Source of the DNA: Mizuhopecten yessoensis
Lineage: Eukaryota
Length of the DNA: 58,076 bases
NCBI RefSeq assembly: GCF_002113885.1
Contig: NW_018408763.1
Span: 327,007-385,082, forward strand
Direction: 5' to 3'
Shown here: one piece after another, positions 40,070-52,444 of the stretch
Layout of the letters: every line of letters starts with the position of its first letter
How positions within the stretch are numbered: the stretch's first letter is position 1
Notes under the pieces: model-generated
Database searches by the model: none
What the model was told of the DNA's origin: nothing
What the model saw: only the letters and a program-made list of their open reading frames with translations
Translations under genes and position numbers: made by a program

Positions 40070-43000
40070 ACTGTAATTGATTTGGGTGGGCTTATTACCA
40101 GGCGAGGACTTATTACCAGGCGTGGGCTTATTACCAGGCGTGGACTTATTACCAGGCGTGGGCTTATTACCAGGCGTGGGCTTATTACCAGGCGTGGACT
40201 TATTACCAGGCGTGGGCTTATTACCAGGCGTGGGCTTATTACCAGGGGGCTTATTACCAGGCGTGGGCTTATTGCAGGATAAATACAGTAATAAACACTC
40301 TAATGAGAAATAACAATGATCTCCACGCTGCATTACCTTGAGAGGAAACAACAAACGGTTTTTATTTCATTTTACGTCCGTCATTAATCAAATCACAGCT
40401 CGCAAATTTAACTCGGCTCAAGCTAAAAATACAAATCCTGCCGATAAATCTTCATTAACGTGTTCTCAAGGCGTATCACTTCTAACTCGACCACCTCAAC
40501 TCCGGGATATACACACAACCTTGAAAAACATCACAGAATTCACTGCAGGTTTCATTAATGATAACTTCCAGATTCCACGAAATAATCTCCATTCATTAAA
40601 AAAAATAAAAATCAATGCCACAGAAACTGGTTATACTTAAGGCTGTATGTTACATTAGTGTAAAATTTATCTCCTTTTCCGAAGATTTCCGCACTAAGAA
40701 AACTGTTGATTATATAAATGATAATTTTTACATGGTTCATACAAAAATTCAAATGTTGGGCCTTCGAACCTAAGGCCTCTTCAAGCTTGTGCAAACCTTA
40801 TATTAACTTAAATGTGATGACACATTTGAAAAGTACACAGTAACATGTACATTAATAGCACTATAGGTTAACTCTGAATCAAAACATAATTCTGAACAGA
40901 AATAATATAATAATTCTAAAAACAAAAAGATTTAAAACGTTTATAGCACAAGTGATCTCTATTGATGCTTGTGTTGTTGTCGAAAGAATCCAAAAGGTGC
41001 TGTTCAGCTTTATATATAACCAATTACCACCCTACAACAAAAAACCTCGGTCAAAACCACATTTTGAATTATTTTAAGAATTCTTAAGCTGAAATTTTTG
41101 AAGGGCGTCAATATGATTATATTTCATTGTCCGATCAAATCTTACCTATTTTGTTATAATTATCCTCTACTGTTACAAATGTCAATGACAAACTCATACT
41201 TTCTACAGCGTCAATTTGGCCGAAAATTGAATCTACAGACCATCAGATGGATTTTTAATTCAATTTTTGGCAGTTTGACTGAAGTGACTATGACAACCTT
41301 GACCCAGGTGGAGGGCGAGCCTTATAATGATTAGTAAATACAGAACGCCCACGGGGCACGGCACTAAAGAAGGAATTCCCTGCTCCATCGGTAATCTGCT
41401 TCTACGGAAATCAATCAGATAATTTCATAAAGATAATGGCATCCCGACAGATTGTGTGCTTTTTAGCGAAGTATCCAATCAAATTAGTTATTACAATAAT
41501 AATTAGTCAACAAATCTTGGGGTTCTTTTTGGCAGAATATCCAATCAAATTAGTTGTTACAATCATCCAGGAAATAACTGACCAATCATTTGTTGTGTTA
41601 CTTTATACCAATTATAAATATCATATTATTTGTATTATTGATGTTCAATTATAAGCAAATACACTTTATAGTTCAGTATTAGATTTCTATAGTTCAGTAT
41701 TAGATTTCAAATCACATTATTTGCACGAAGCATCAATCAATTCAAACACTCTATCAGAATTCCTTTTCCCTTCCTGATTTTTTTTCTGCCTAAATGCCAC
41801 TTAAAACATAACAAAACTCCTGGAACAGCTCAATGTCACCTAAATGTTTGGTTCTCATGTCAGTCTAACACTAAACAGAAGCATCAAAAAGACCCTGATC
41901 TCATTGCATTCATTAGCCTTAATATAAATGAAATTTCATTTGCTAGTGTAAACATTTGTATATATAAGGTTTATCAAGTGATGAATTTTCACGATATTTT
42001 CTGTATGTAATGAGAAGGATGCGACGAGGGGCTGCACTGAGTGACTGCTGAGCCTGGGGAGACACAGTTGACATGCATGGTCACCATCAGCGGGATCTCG
42101 CAGGCAAAGCAAGCCGTCTCCAGCCTCCGAACCATGCAAACCACATCACAATGCATGTAGCAGACGAGTAGGAGAAGAGATTAATTAATCATTTTATAAC
42201 TAGACAGAGGAGATGCATCTCGGGCTTGGTAATCAACCAACGGCAGTCCGCCTACCTCAATAAACGTCAACCGTGGGACGCAGGTAAATAAAAACCTCCG
42301 GGGGGACAACAAATAAAAGTCATCATTGCGATGCGGGTAAATAAAGTCAGATCTACAGGATCCCACTAAACGTGTGGAGCAGAGAGAATTATAGACTCAC
42401 AGGAAAAACATGTCTGCCGGACGTTCTACAATGTACTTACTGTTTAAGTATATACCACATACTGTAGCCTTTACTTGTAAATATTATCATGTTTAATATT
42501 TCTTACGGAGTTCATTGTTTAACACAATTAGGCCAATTCTACCTAAACTGACATTGAAACATTGGGATGAATTTGATAAGGAAGTTGATATCCGAGACCA
42601 AATTGGCATTATTATCTTATACATGTATTTATGATTATGTTTACATCAACCTATATCAACTTAATATGTTGTTCAGAATACTACAGAGTATTAAACACAA
42701 CTATTTTCCAATCGAAAACTGTTCTCCTTTTTCTGTCATACTGTTAAGAGTAATAAGGAACAACCATATTGTGACGTGAAATTTAAACTCTGACAAAAAA
42801 TCCTGAAAGACGTCTGTTTGATGTTTGTTACCTGACGGAACGGTTAGCACTGCAGTCACTTGTTCACACAAAAACAGCCATTCTTCTATATGGTAAAAAC
42901 AGTTTGTACCAAATGTATCATGAACTCCTAGAAAGAAAATGTATCGCCTTTGTTGCTTTTTACTTATCGTAATCAGGGAAATATGTTTGAAGTTAACGGA

Positions 43001-43536
43001 TATCATAAACGATAAAAACATGCTTTTCAGTTCTTAGATCAAGAAAAGTGTGTTTTTTAATAATTAACCTTGATAATTTCAGTATATTTCTGAGATAATG
43101 GTCACTTGTGGTCAAACAGTATTATTATGTGTTAATGGTGTGTTCTCTGTAATGTAGCAATGATTTACCGCCAAATCTTGGGATATTCTCATAATGTTTG
43201 AGATAACGAAGTAACCAAAGATGGTTTCCATACAATCTCTCTTGTACAATTAGGGAAAATGTGGAGAATTATCAAAGAGATTCCAGACCCATTATATACT
43301 GTAGGTCATAGGTCATCTTTAGAGTTAGATACTCTCTCATCACAACTTACAGGTTGTATCTTAATGAACAGGAATGATCCATTTTCACACGTTTATAGGG
43401 AAGACAGGTAATAAAGGAATCTGGGAGACTCTATTCTCACAACTCCAGAAGGCCAGGTATTTTATACCTCAGTGAGAGCGCTAAAAAAGCTGTATATTCA
43501 ACGTAATTATGGACACATATTTGCGATACCATCCGT

Positions 43537-43600
43537 GTATACATTATGTATGGATCCTGTATACATTATGTATGGATCCTGTATACATTATGTATGGATC
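43537..43600. repeat. 22-bp tandem repeat, 3 copies
   Basis: gtatacattatgtatggatcct. Confidence 0.9.
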
Positions 43601-44221
43601 GGTATTATTAAATGACAATAATTTGCCAATTGTAATCATTACCAATAAATCACCTCCACAATACAGTATAACCCAGACTCCCGTTGTAGCCACAGTCTCC
43701 CCCAAACCCTCCATAACAAATATATTCAAATTCGCTGCGATAAAGCTTCCGAGTACTTTTACAGAAAACGAAATTGGGCCACTATAAAAAAAATCTATAC
43801 ATTTGCACACAAACTCCTGGGGTTTTGCATCACAGTTGCCTTGTCTCCCGAAGACGGCTTATGAACAGAGATGTTAGAATTTCTCAAATAAATCAATAAC
43901 TGAATTCATTGCCATGTAAATACATGCACATTGTATACAATAAATACGGGAAATGTGATGAGCCTGCATTTGCATGTTGTTTGGCGCTTTCTTAATGGAG
44001 TTCCGGTATCCGTTACTGTAAACACCCTATCTTAAAACCACGGAATACCCACAAACCAATATCTATATTATCTAGTACAACTGTACCGGGATTGATGACC
44101 TTGCATGGATTCTAGCTGTCTGTTTGACTCTCTGCACATCTCCTGTCCTTCAACCAGGCCTTATATCACCAGAACATCAGGCCCCGTTTAATCATTTGAA
44201 GGTCTTTTGGTCAATCGTGGC

Positions 44222-44312
44222 TTAACACATTCAGCCCTACAATTACATTTGAACCTTACCAAATCAAAGACTGGACAAGTCCAGTTTCAAACTGTAGGGG
44301 TGAATAAGTTAA
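44222..44312. mobile_element. 83-bp TTAA hairpin MITE, subfamily B (reverse)
   Basis: ttaacacattcagccctaca...ccagtttcaaactgtaggggtgaataagttaa. Confidence 0.85.
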
Positions 44313-44944
44313 CACATATAGGTAATGTTAACTGAAGGAGAACACCATCAAAGAGTATGGAGAGCGGACTACCTCATTAGGAGGTAAAACACAAAATGCA
44401 TCAAGCTACCACTATCAATAATAAAATCGGTCTCTCCAGATATTCAGTTTCAATAAAACTAGAAATAATATTGACCCTGACAAAAGAGACCACTTGCTCA
44501 GCAAGTTAATTGTGGTCTCTGTAGACAGGCGGTATTTTTATATTTATGTTTTCTCATGTCAGATGGTCTCTCTAGACAGATAATATTGCAAGATACTTCT
44601 CTCTAAAGAAAATGATCGGTCTAGTTTAGCTCATGGTCTAGTATAACTGATGGGCTTCCTCTGGGTGAATTGGGAAAAGGCCCATAGGGAAAACTTATCG
44701 ACCGATTAGCTTGGTGCGTTTTGATAAAAACCAATATACAACACTGGTTAACCACTTTGCTCCTTATTCATATTCAAAGATCCAACTGTATGGTCTTCTT
44801 AAGATTGGAAACGGGGCAGAATTTGGACCCTAAAAAGTACCCCTGTATTAACCCTGGTCTCTTAATACAAGTGATCTCTGATGCAGAGCGTTCTGTGTAA
44901 CAGGTTTTCTCTCTCATTTACACAAATGGCTTTGTTTTACATAT

Positions 44945-45420
44945 TGAGACAGGTAAATAAGAACATCTCACATAGCATGAGACAGGTAAATAAGAACATC
45001 TCACATAGAATGAGACAGATAGCTAACATCTCACATAGAATGATACAGATAGCTAACATCTCACGGAGGATGAGACAGATAGTTGAATGTATCAAAGGGG
45101 ATGAGACAGATAGTTGAATGTATCAAAGGGGATGAGAGACATAGATGTGAATATCTCACAGAGGATGAGACAGGTAGATGTGAATTTCTCATAAAGAATG
45201 AGACGGGTAGCTAACATCTCACAGAGGATGAGACAGGTAGATGTGAATTTCTCATAAAGAATGAGACAGATAGCTAACATCTCACAGAGGATGAGACAGA
45301 TAGTTGAACGTATCACAGGGGATGAGCGACATAGATGTGAATATCTCACAGAGGATGAGACAGGTAGATGTGAATTTCTCATAAAGAATGAGACGGGTAG
45401 ATGTGAATGTGTCTCACAGA
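44945..45420. repeat. ~30-bp minisatellite with several variant units
   Basis: atgagacag(a/g)tag...atctcacagagg. Confidence 0.9.
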
Positions 45421-45895
45421 CAAGTTTCCATTTCATTAAGTATGTCACCTTGTAAGTGAACATCAACCCTGTACATCTGATAGATTGAACACGCATGATA
45501 TGTCTGCCGATAAGAAATATAGATATAACGGAACAGTCAATGGGACCCAAATATAAACAACAAAATAACGGTTTCCTATTCAAAATGGAGGATAATGTAT
45601 TTGAATGTGTCAATTTCTTTTCACATGTCGTTTTTCTTCTCTTTTATATCCTTTAATGTGGTGTCTCCATGGGAACGATTTCATCAACTGGAGTAGTTTT
45701 GTGATCAGATTGACGCTCCGAAGGATATATCTAGCCTGACATGCAACAATGCCATAGAGAGAAAACACAGCCCAGATAATCCCATCATAGCTGTAAGGTG
45801 ACATCCATGTTGTTATTCTCATACCAAAGTGCATCCATACTCTCAAACCAAAACATTTTTTCTACCTTTTAAAAGTAAGCAGTTTGTATCACCAC

Positions 45896-45986
45896 TTATC
45901 TCATTCAACCCTGAAGACATATTTGAACTCTTCCAAATCAAAGGTTGGAATAGTTCATTATGAAATTTCAGGGGGGAATGAGTTAA
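45896..45986. mobile_element. 83-bp TTAA hairpin MITE, subfamily A (reverse)
   Basis: ttatctcattcaaccctgaagacat...ttcaggggggaatgagttaa. Confidence 0.88.
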
Positions 45987-47744
45987 TACTGAGAAAATTT
46001 TGGTTTTTTTGTAAAACCTACTTTCATGACACAATACTTACTTACCATAACTTTAGTATGCATAAAATGTACCTATATATTCAGCTTTGTAGCCAAAAAA
46101 ACAAAGGATTTCAAAAATCCCACTTCAATAAGTGAGATCTTGTATGACAAATACATTTAAAGGTTCCTACATGACTCCATGAGATTGAAACACAACAACA
46201 AATTATTACAAGGCTTTGAACTCTGAAATATTCTTCACACTCTTGAAACTGTCACGCGTTAAACACTTAAATTGCTGTGACTAGACAAGCTTGTAGTGTC
46301 AGCAGCACCCCCTAGGGAAGTTCTAAAATCAAATCAAAGGGAGGCAATGAGGGTTTCCATCACCGTGGTCAAGGTCAAAGGAATGCATCATGAGGGAAAC
46401 CAGGGCTTTTTTATACAAATTGATTTATTGTGTAATGACCAACTATGTGCATCCCATTCAAACATCTTTGAGATTAAGATCAGTCAATGTGTTCATTATG
46501 TTTGATAGCTTTATGCTGAACACTTGGGAACAGAGTGGGCTCCAGGTTGGCATGTCCAACTTCTGTGGCAAGGGTTGGGAATTCTGTCACAGCAACACCG
46601 TCAACGTGTCAAACCTTATGAAATACTTTAAATTTTCTCATACTGAGATGAAAATTTAATCTTTGACCTTGACACTACCAGACAAACCAAATACCTTACA
46701 AACATCGTATACTGTTCTCAATCTTCAAGTACAGAACTTTTGACATTTTGGACAGTGATGTTTAAAATAGCGGTCCCTTAATCGTTGTTATAGTTTCAGG
46801 ATCCCCATACCACTGCCAGAAACTGTAACTTAGTATTGGAATCTGGGGTTTTATAGGAAAAACCAGTGCAGTGGGACAGGGATCCTGCAAGGAAGTTTAG
46901 GGGAGGTTACTGTGTATAGGAAAAACCACAGTGCAATATGGGACAGGGATCCTTAACAGTATTGGTATATAATTCTGATAAACTGAAGCAGTGCCCCAAT
47001 TCTATGTCCCTGACTGAAAGCAGAGACATACCAGTGACAGACCGAACAAATATCTACATCATAGTCAGATCAATAAATTGCCTTTTTCCTTTTTTATTTT
47101 ATTCTATTTACTATTTTATTACAAATCTTCTGATAGCAGTGACACAAATGTGTTTATTTTGACAAGCCATCACATTTATACTTCATATTAGCATAACTTC
47201 TCTTTGAATTCCATTTCCATTCTATTTAACAGACTTTTTATTCATATATTTCCTCATTAGGGATGTAAATTAATTGGGGCCATTCGGCGATAATGTATAA
47301 AACTTGAATTTTATAACACTGGACTGTGGCACAAACAAACATATATACTTTTACTGCCTACGACTTTTAATCAGACACTCGACCAGAAATGTGCCTGGAA
47401 TGTATGGGTCTGCATAACATCTCACCATGAAAACTTAATAAATTGCTTTATCAAAATTTCTTATTAAATTTTCTTTTTTATTTCTTTTTTAATCGAAATA
47501 ATTTCAAAAAATTGCAGTCATTTGAATATTTCTTATATTCACAGGGAGGCTTGAAGTCCCCATATGTACATTATTATTTACAAGTTAATCATTCTTTAAA
47601 ACTAGAAAACATCAGTACAGAATGTATTGAAATTTATTATTTTTTCCATACGGTTATGACTTCTATTTGTTTACTGTCACTCTGCTGTGACACAGGAACA
47701 CAGAGGATGACTTGACCTTTATAGGATGTATCATTCCTTTATAA

Positions 47745-47880
47745 CCGTATTTATCCTGCAATAAGCCCATGCCCAGAGATAAGCCCACCTAGGTATAATG
47801 CAATTTAAAAGAAATTCAAACAAATGAAATTTCATCTTTCCTGTCCTACCTTGGAGATGATATGTTAGAGCACCCCCAAA
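47745..47880. mobile_element. Inverted partial copy of the Tc2/pogo-like MITE with an unexpanded subterminal repeat
   Basis: ccgtatttatcctgcaataagcccatgcccagagataagcccacc, followed by body sequence matching the reverse complement of 52190-52295. Confidence 0.7.
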
Positions 47881-48405
47881 CAATTCAGCAAAATTCAGCA
47901 TCTGTAGAAACTGTGTAAGCAATGGTTCAGCATCTGATTTTAGTTTCAGCAAAATTTCAGCAACAGTTCAGCAAAATTCAGAAGAAAAAAATCTGCATTT
48001 CTTTTTGCAGGATGAATTCAATGAAACATGTACTTACATAATTAATACAACTATTTCCCTTTGAAGTTTTTAATTTCAAAAGATGTCAAAGCATAAAAAC
48101 TTCAGAACCTAGAGTCATTTATTAGCTAATTTATTACCATAGTCATTCAGAAAATCATATCCGTCATCCACTATTTCCAAAACACTGACATACTGTCCGA
48201 TTGGTGAGGAGGGGTTAAGCGTAGGTACAGTGGATCAAAAACAGTTTATGTATAAGTCGGGAATCTTCAAACAACTTTGGGATCACAGGGGTCATTCAAG
48301 CACCTACATGACTACGATTTACAGTGACAGCCATTTTAATGAGGTGTTGTTACTTCCCTAATGATAACCATTAATGTGTAATTCCAGTAGTTAAAGTACC
48401 TTTAA

Positions 48406-48618
48406 GTCAATATATACATTTCTACACTAAAACCTCTTCATTAGCTGTCAATATATACATTTCTACACTAAAACCTCTTCATTAGCTGTCAATATATATA
48501 TTTCTACACTAAAACCTCTTCATTAGCTGTCAATATATACATTTCTACACTAAAACCTCTTCATTAGCTGTCAATATGTACATTTCTACACTAAAACCTC
48601 TTCATTAGCTGTCAATAT
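48406..48618. repeat. 41-bp tandem repeat, 5 copies
   Basis: gtcaatatatacatttctacactaaaacctcttcattagct. Confidence 0.95.
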
Positions 48619-49329
48619 GCTTATAAGTTACCAGCAGTTAGCTTTTACTGCATTGAAGGACCTGGACCTATACCATCAGAGACTTGTTAGCTTTATCAAA
48701 CACAAATATCAATCTTATTTGTAACATGTTTTCATCAGTGATACTAACAATGCTAAAACTACAAACTGTATGTCATTGGCATACCCACCTCAAGCGGCTA
48801 ACATCAAACTTTATAAATAAAACTACAAACTGTAGATAGTTGAAAAGAATATGAATAATAAAAAAAAAATCATGAGCAGTTGTAACGAAATTAAACAGGC
48901 TTGAATTTTTATCTGATCTTTATATTAAACATTCATTTGAAATATTCTTCTAATAAGAAACTAAATAAAACATTTTATCTCTCATTTGAAAAACAGGATA
49001 TTATTTAATACAAAAAATATCACAGGTTCTAACACAAAAGTTATCATAAACATTGCTTTTCTAAAATATATGATTTGGTTTGAAAGACAACTTCTGATTG
49101 GATACTTGTTGGTTATATTGGTGTTTACACTTGACAGCTAGGGTAACATTTCTATACAGAAGGGGCTGATACAGATACTATCTCAGTAAATCTATGCATA
49201 TATATGTTTACAAAATGCCACCTTGCATCAGTCAGCCAACTGTATGGGACCCTGTACTCCATCCCTCAACACATCAACTCTATACTGAGGGGGCACATTT
49301 CAGATGAACATTTAGTATTATGGTCACGG

Positions 49330-50357
49330 TTTAGCTCCACGCAAGCTCTACTCGCAAGCTCTACTCGCAAGCTCAGTAGAGCGAGGAACTGGGAAGCTGG
49401 GGGTCAGGTTTGATCCTAGATGGAAGCACACTACTATCTTCCTCTAACAAATGGTATCCGTGGCTCATATCCGTGGCTCTCCCTTTGGTGACAGGGAATT
49501 AGAACCTGGTTTTTGTGGTGTTCAAGAAGCGCAGATTTGTAACAGTACATGGGATCATGCCCCTTCACCTTATAGCTTCCCGCTAGAGGGAATTTCCATT
49601 TCGGTAGACCGGTGCACTGTTAAGCTAGGGGTCACAGGTTCGATCCCCAGCGTTACCACACTGCTCTCTTTCCTTACACAAATGGTTTCTATGGCCTTCC
49701 CTGTGGGGACAGGGTGGTCTCTGTGGCCTTCCCTGTGGGGACAGGGTGGTCTCTGTGGCCTTCCCTGTGGGGACAGGGTGGTCTCTGTGGCCTTCCCTGT
49801 GGGGACAGGGTGGTCTCTGTGGCCTTCCCTGTGGGGACAGGGTGGTCTCTGTGGCCTTCCCTGTGGGGACAGGGTGGTCTCTGTGGCCTTCCCTGTGGGG
49901 ACAGGGTGGTCTCTGTGGCCTTCCCTGTGGGGACAGGGTGGTCTCTGTGGCCTTCCCTGTGGGGACAGGGTGGTCTCTGTGGCCTTCCCTGTGGGGACAG
50001 GGTGGTCTCTGTGGCCTTCCCTGTGGGGACAGGGTGGTCTCTGTGGCCTTCCCTGTGGGGACAGGGTGGTCTCTGTGGCCTTCCCTGTGGGGACAGGGTG
50101 GTCTCTGTGGCCTTCCCTGTGGGGACAGGGTGGTCTCTGTGGCCTTCCCTGTGGGGACAGGGTGTTAAAACCTTGGTTGTTCATTGTGATATTCACAGGA
50201 GAACACATTTAAAATGGGGAGAGTATAGTCAGGCAGATTTTGATCATACATGGAATCACCTTCTTGCTTCACACTAGAGGGCTAGAAAGTTACGTTAACC
50301 CGACAATCTGGGGGTCACTGGTTCAATCCCCATAGGTACTGCTCTCTTACCTATAGA
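49330..50357 (+). mobile_element. Tandem array of short tRNA-containing LTR-like units with PBS/PPT-like signals (non-autonomous TRIM, Ajax-like)
   Basis: Three tRNA-like segments carry B-boxes (49407, 49637, 50320), each followed by ct(g/a)ct(c/a)tctt. Two end CA-AA-TGGT (49448, 49679). A purine tract aaaatggggagag (50211-50223) precedes the third. The two inter-LTR segments are homologous. Confidence 0.6.
49683..50162. repeat. 32-bp minisatellite, exactly 15 copies
   Basis: tggtctctgtggccttccctgtggggacaggg; contains the hairpin ccctgt-gggg-acaggg. Confidence 0.97.
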
Positions 50358-50974
50358 GCCCCTCAACATATAGACACGGGATGGAAAATAGTACCTAATC
50401 GTTAAACACAGCATCTGTGTAAATCTTAATGAACCTCAACATTTATAGTTACTGAGGACTGAAATTCCACCTCCAAGCCAATCTGTTATTTCATACACAA
50501 AAACTACATGCATTTCATTTTGCATTCCATTCATCTCATAATAAAACAATTATAAATTCCTATCTTGTGTCATTTCTAGTTAAGCTCTTCATTCATCCGT
50601 TAAATTAAAAATTGATATATTTTTGACAATTCCTGTATAATTCAAACCAGTCTAAATTTACCTCCACAAAGGAGAGTTCCACATATTGTAACAGATGTAT
50701 AGTTTAGAACATGAGGTATTAATTGTTTCAAGCTCCGGGGAGATTAGTGGTAGGGTAACTTCTACATCCACACATCGTCATAGACAAGGGCTGGTTAGCT
50801 TGATAACCGCAATCAGATGCCCTTTCAACGTTTTCATTTATTCAGATTATATCGATCCTTTTCTTTCAATAATGCAGTTTTGAATTAAGACATTTTATTT
50901 CCTGCAAATTCATATTTTTCTTAATTTAAACATGATGTGTATTACACTTTGGAATACAAGGAAATCAATCCCCT

Positions 50975-51322
50975 AGGAACCATGAACTACCTGCAACAGT
51001 CCCTGAAACCGCAAACAGCCCGGTAACCATGAACTACAAAAGTCCCCGAAACTACTAACTGCCATTACAGCTAGTCCCCAAAACCCTGAACTACAAAAGT
51101 CCCTGGAACCACCAACTGCCAACAGCCCCCAAAACCACAAACTTAAGTTCCTGAAACCCCCAACTGCCAACAGTCCTTTGAAACCAAGAACTACAAACAG
51201 TCCCCGAACCCACCAACTGCCAACGCAGTCCTTTGAAACTATGAACTACAAACAGTCCCCGAGACCACCAACTGCCAACAGCCTCCAGAAACCATGAACT
51301 ACAAAATTCCCCGAAACCACCA
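50975..51322. repeat. Degenerate ~52-bp tandem repeat
   Basis: gaactacaaa..gtccc.gaa.ccaccaactgccaacag. Confidence 0.8.
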
Positions 51323-51361
51323 TTATCTTCCCCCAGACCAAACAACAACTATAATATAACA

Positions 51362-51810
51362 TCCTAACACTACCAACCACTTCCTGACTGCTACCCCCCA
51401 ACCCCTACTGTGATACAGTGTCAGACCTATCACTACCAACCACTTCCCAACTGCTACCCCCCAACCCCTACTGTGATACAGTGTCAGACCTTAATCACTA
51501 CCAACCACTTCCCGACTGCTACCCCCCATCCCCTACGGTGATACAGTGTCAGACCTATCACTACCAACCACTTCCTGACTGCTACCCCCCAACCCCTACT
51601 GTGATACAGTGTCAGACCTAACACTACCAACCACTTCCCTACTGCTACCCCCCAACCCCTACTGTGATACAGAGTCAGACCTAACACTACCAACCACTTC
51701 CCGACTGCTACCCCCCAACCCCTACTGTGATACAGTGTCAGACCTATCACTTCCAACCACTTCCCTACTGCTACCCCCCAACCCCTACTGTGATACAGTG
51801 TCAGACCTAC
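51362..51810. repeat. 63-bp minisatellite, 7 copies
   Basis: cactaccaaccacttcctgactgctaccccccaacccctactgtgatacagtgtcagacctat. Confidence 0.95.
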
Positions 51811-52169
51811 CACTGTCAGTGAGAATCTCGTTATATTCCTGTAAAACTCACACAGCAAGCTAACAAGGCCGAGGATAAAACCATGCTGAAGAACAACAGC
51901 TAATAATTACAACAAACTGTTAACATTTCATAGCCACGACAAAGGCAGCCAGCCTTGTAGCATTGTAATACCAGGTTTATAGCCACCATCTGCTTCTCAC
52001 TAAACACCATTTCAACATTTACATTTCCACATGAAATGATGATGCTTTATTTTACAAACATCTCACTTCATATTATGATGCACATAACATAAATACCGCT
52101 GAAAATTTGGGTAGATGTCTTGAAATTATGATGTCAGTTAATTTCCAATTATTTGATAGATGACAACAT

Positions 52170-52444
52170 ACCATCTGTAATAAGCCCAGGGGGACAACAT
52201 GTATCTCTCACTCACATCACCAGAATTGGTTTATATCAGCAAAATGAAATAAAATGAGCTCGCATTTCTGAACAACTGCAATATATTTGGGTGGGCTTAT
52301 TACCATGCATGAGCTTATAACCAGGCATGGGCTTATTACCAGGCATGGGCTTATTACCAGGCATGAGCTTATTACCAGGCATGGGCTTATTACCAGACAT
52401 GAGCTTATTACCAGGCATGTGCTTATTGCAGGATGATTACGGTA
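52170..52444. mobile_element. Tc2/pogo-like MITE with ~8 copies of the 18-bp subterminal repeat
   Basis: Left end taccatctgtaataagccc; right end (gggcttattaccaggcat)n..gcttattgcaggatgattacggta. Confidence 0.7.

Larger units (their letters stand above)
39705..40290. mobile_element. Tc2/pogo-like MITE with an expanded 18-bp subterminal repeat, interrupted by two other MITEs
   Basis: Left part taagccc..ggggagacaac..atctc..actc; right part atttgggt-(gggcttattaccaggcgt)n-gggcttattgcaggataaatacagta. Homologous to 52170-52444 and, inverted, to 47745-47880. Confidence 0.7.

Noticed and set aside
49595-49660. Functional tRNA gene (also 49365-49425, 50290-50335, and the B-box at ~13655)
   Set aside because: Only A/B-box remnants are present; I cannot fold an acceptor stem and full cloverleaf.
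49451-50277. Overlapping 140-253-aa ORFs on both strands
   Set aside because: Stop-free 32-bp repeat; no gag/pol or other domain is visible.
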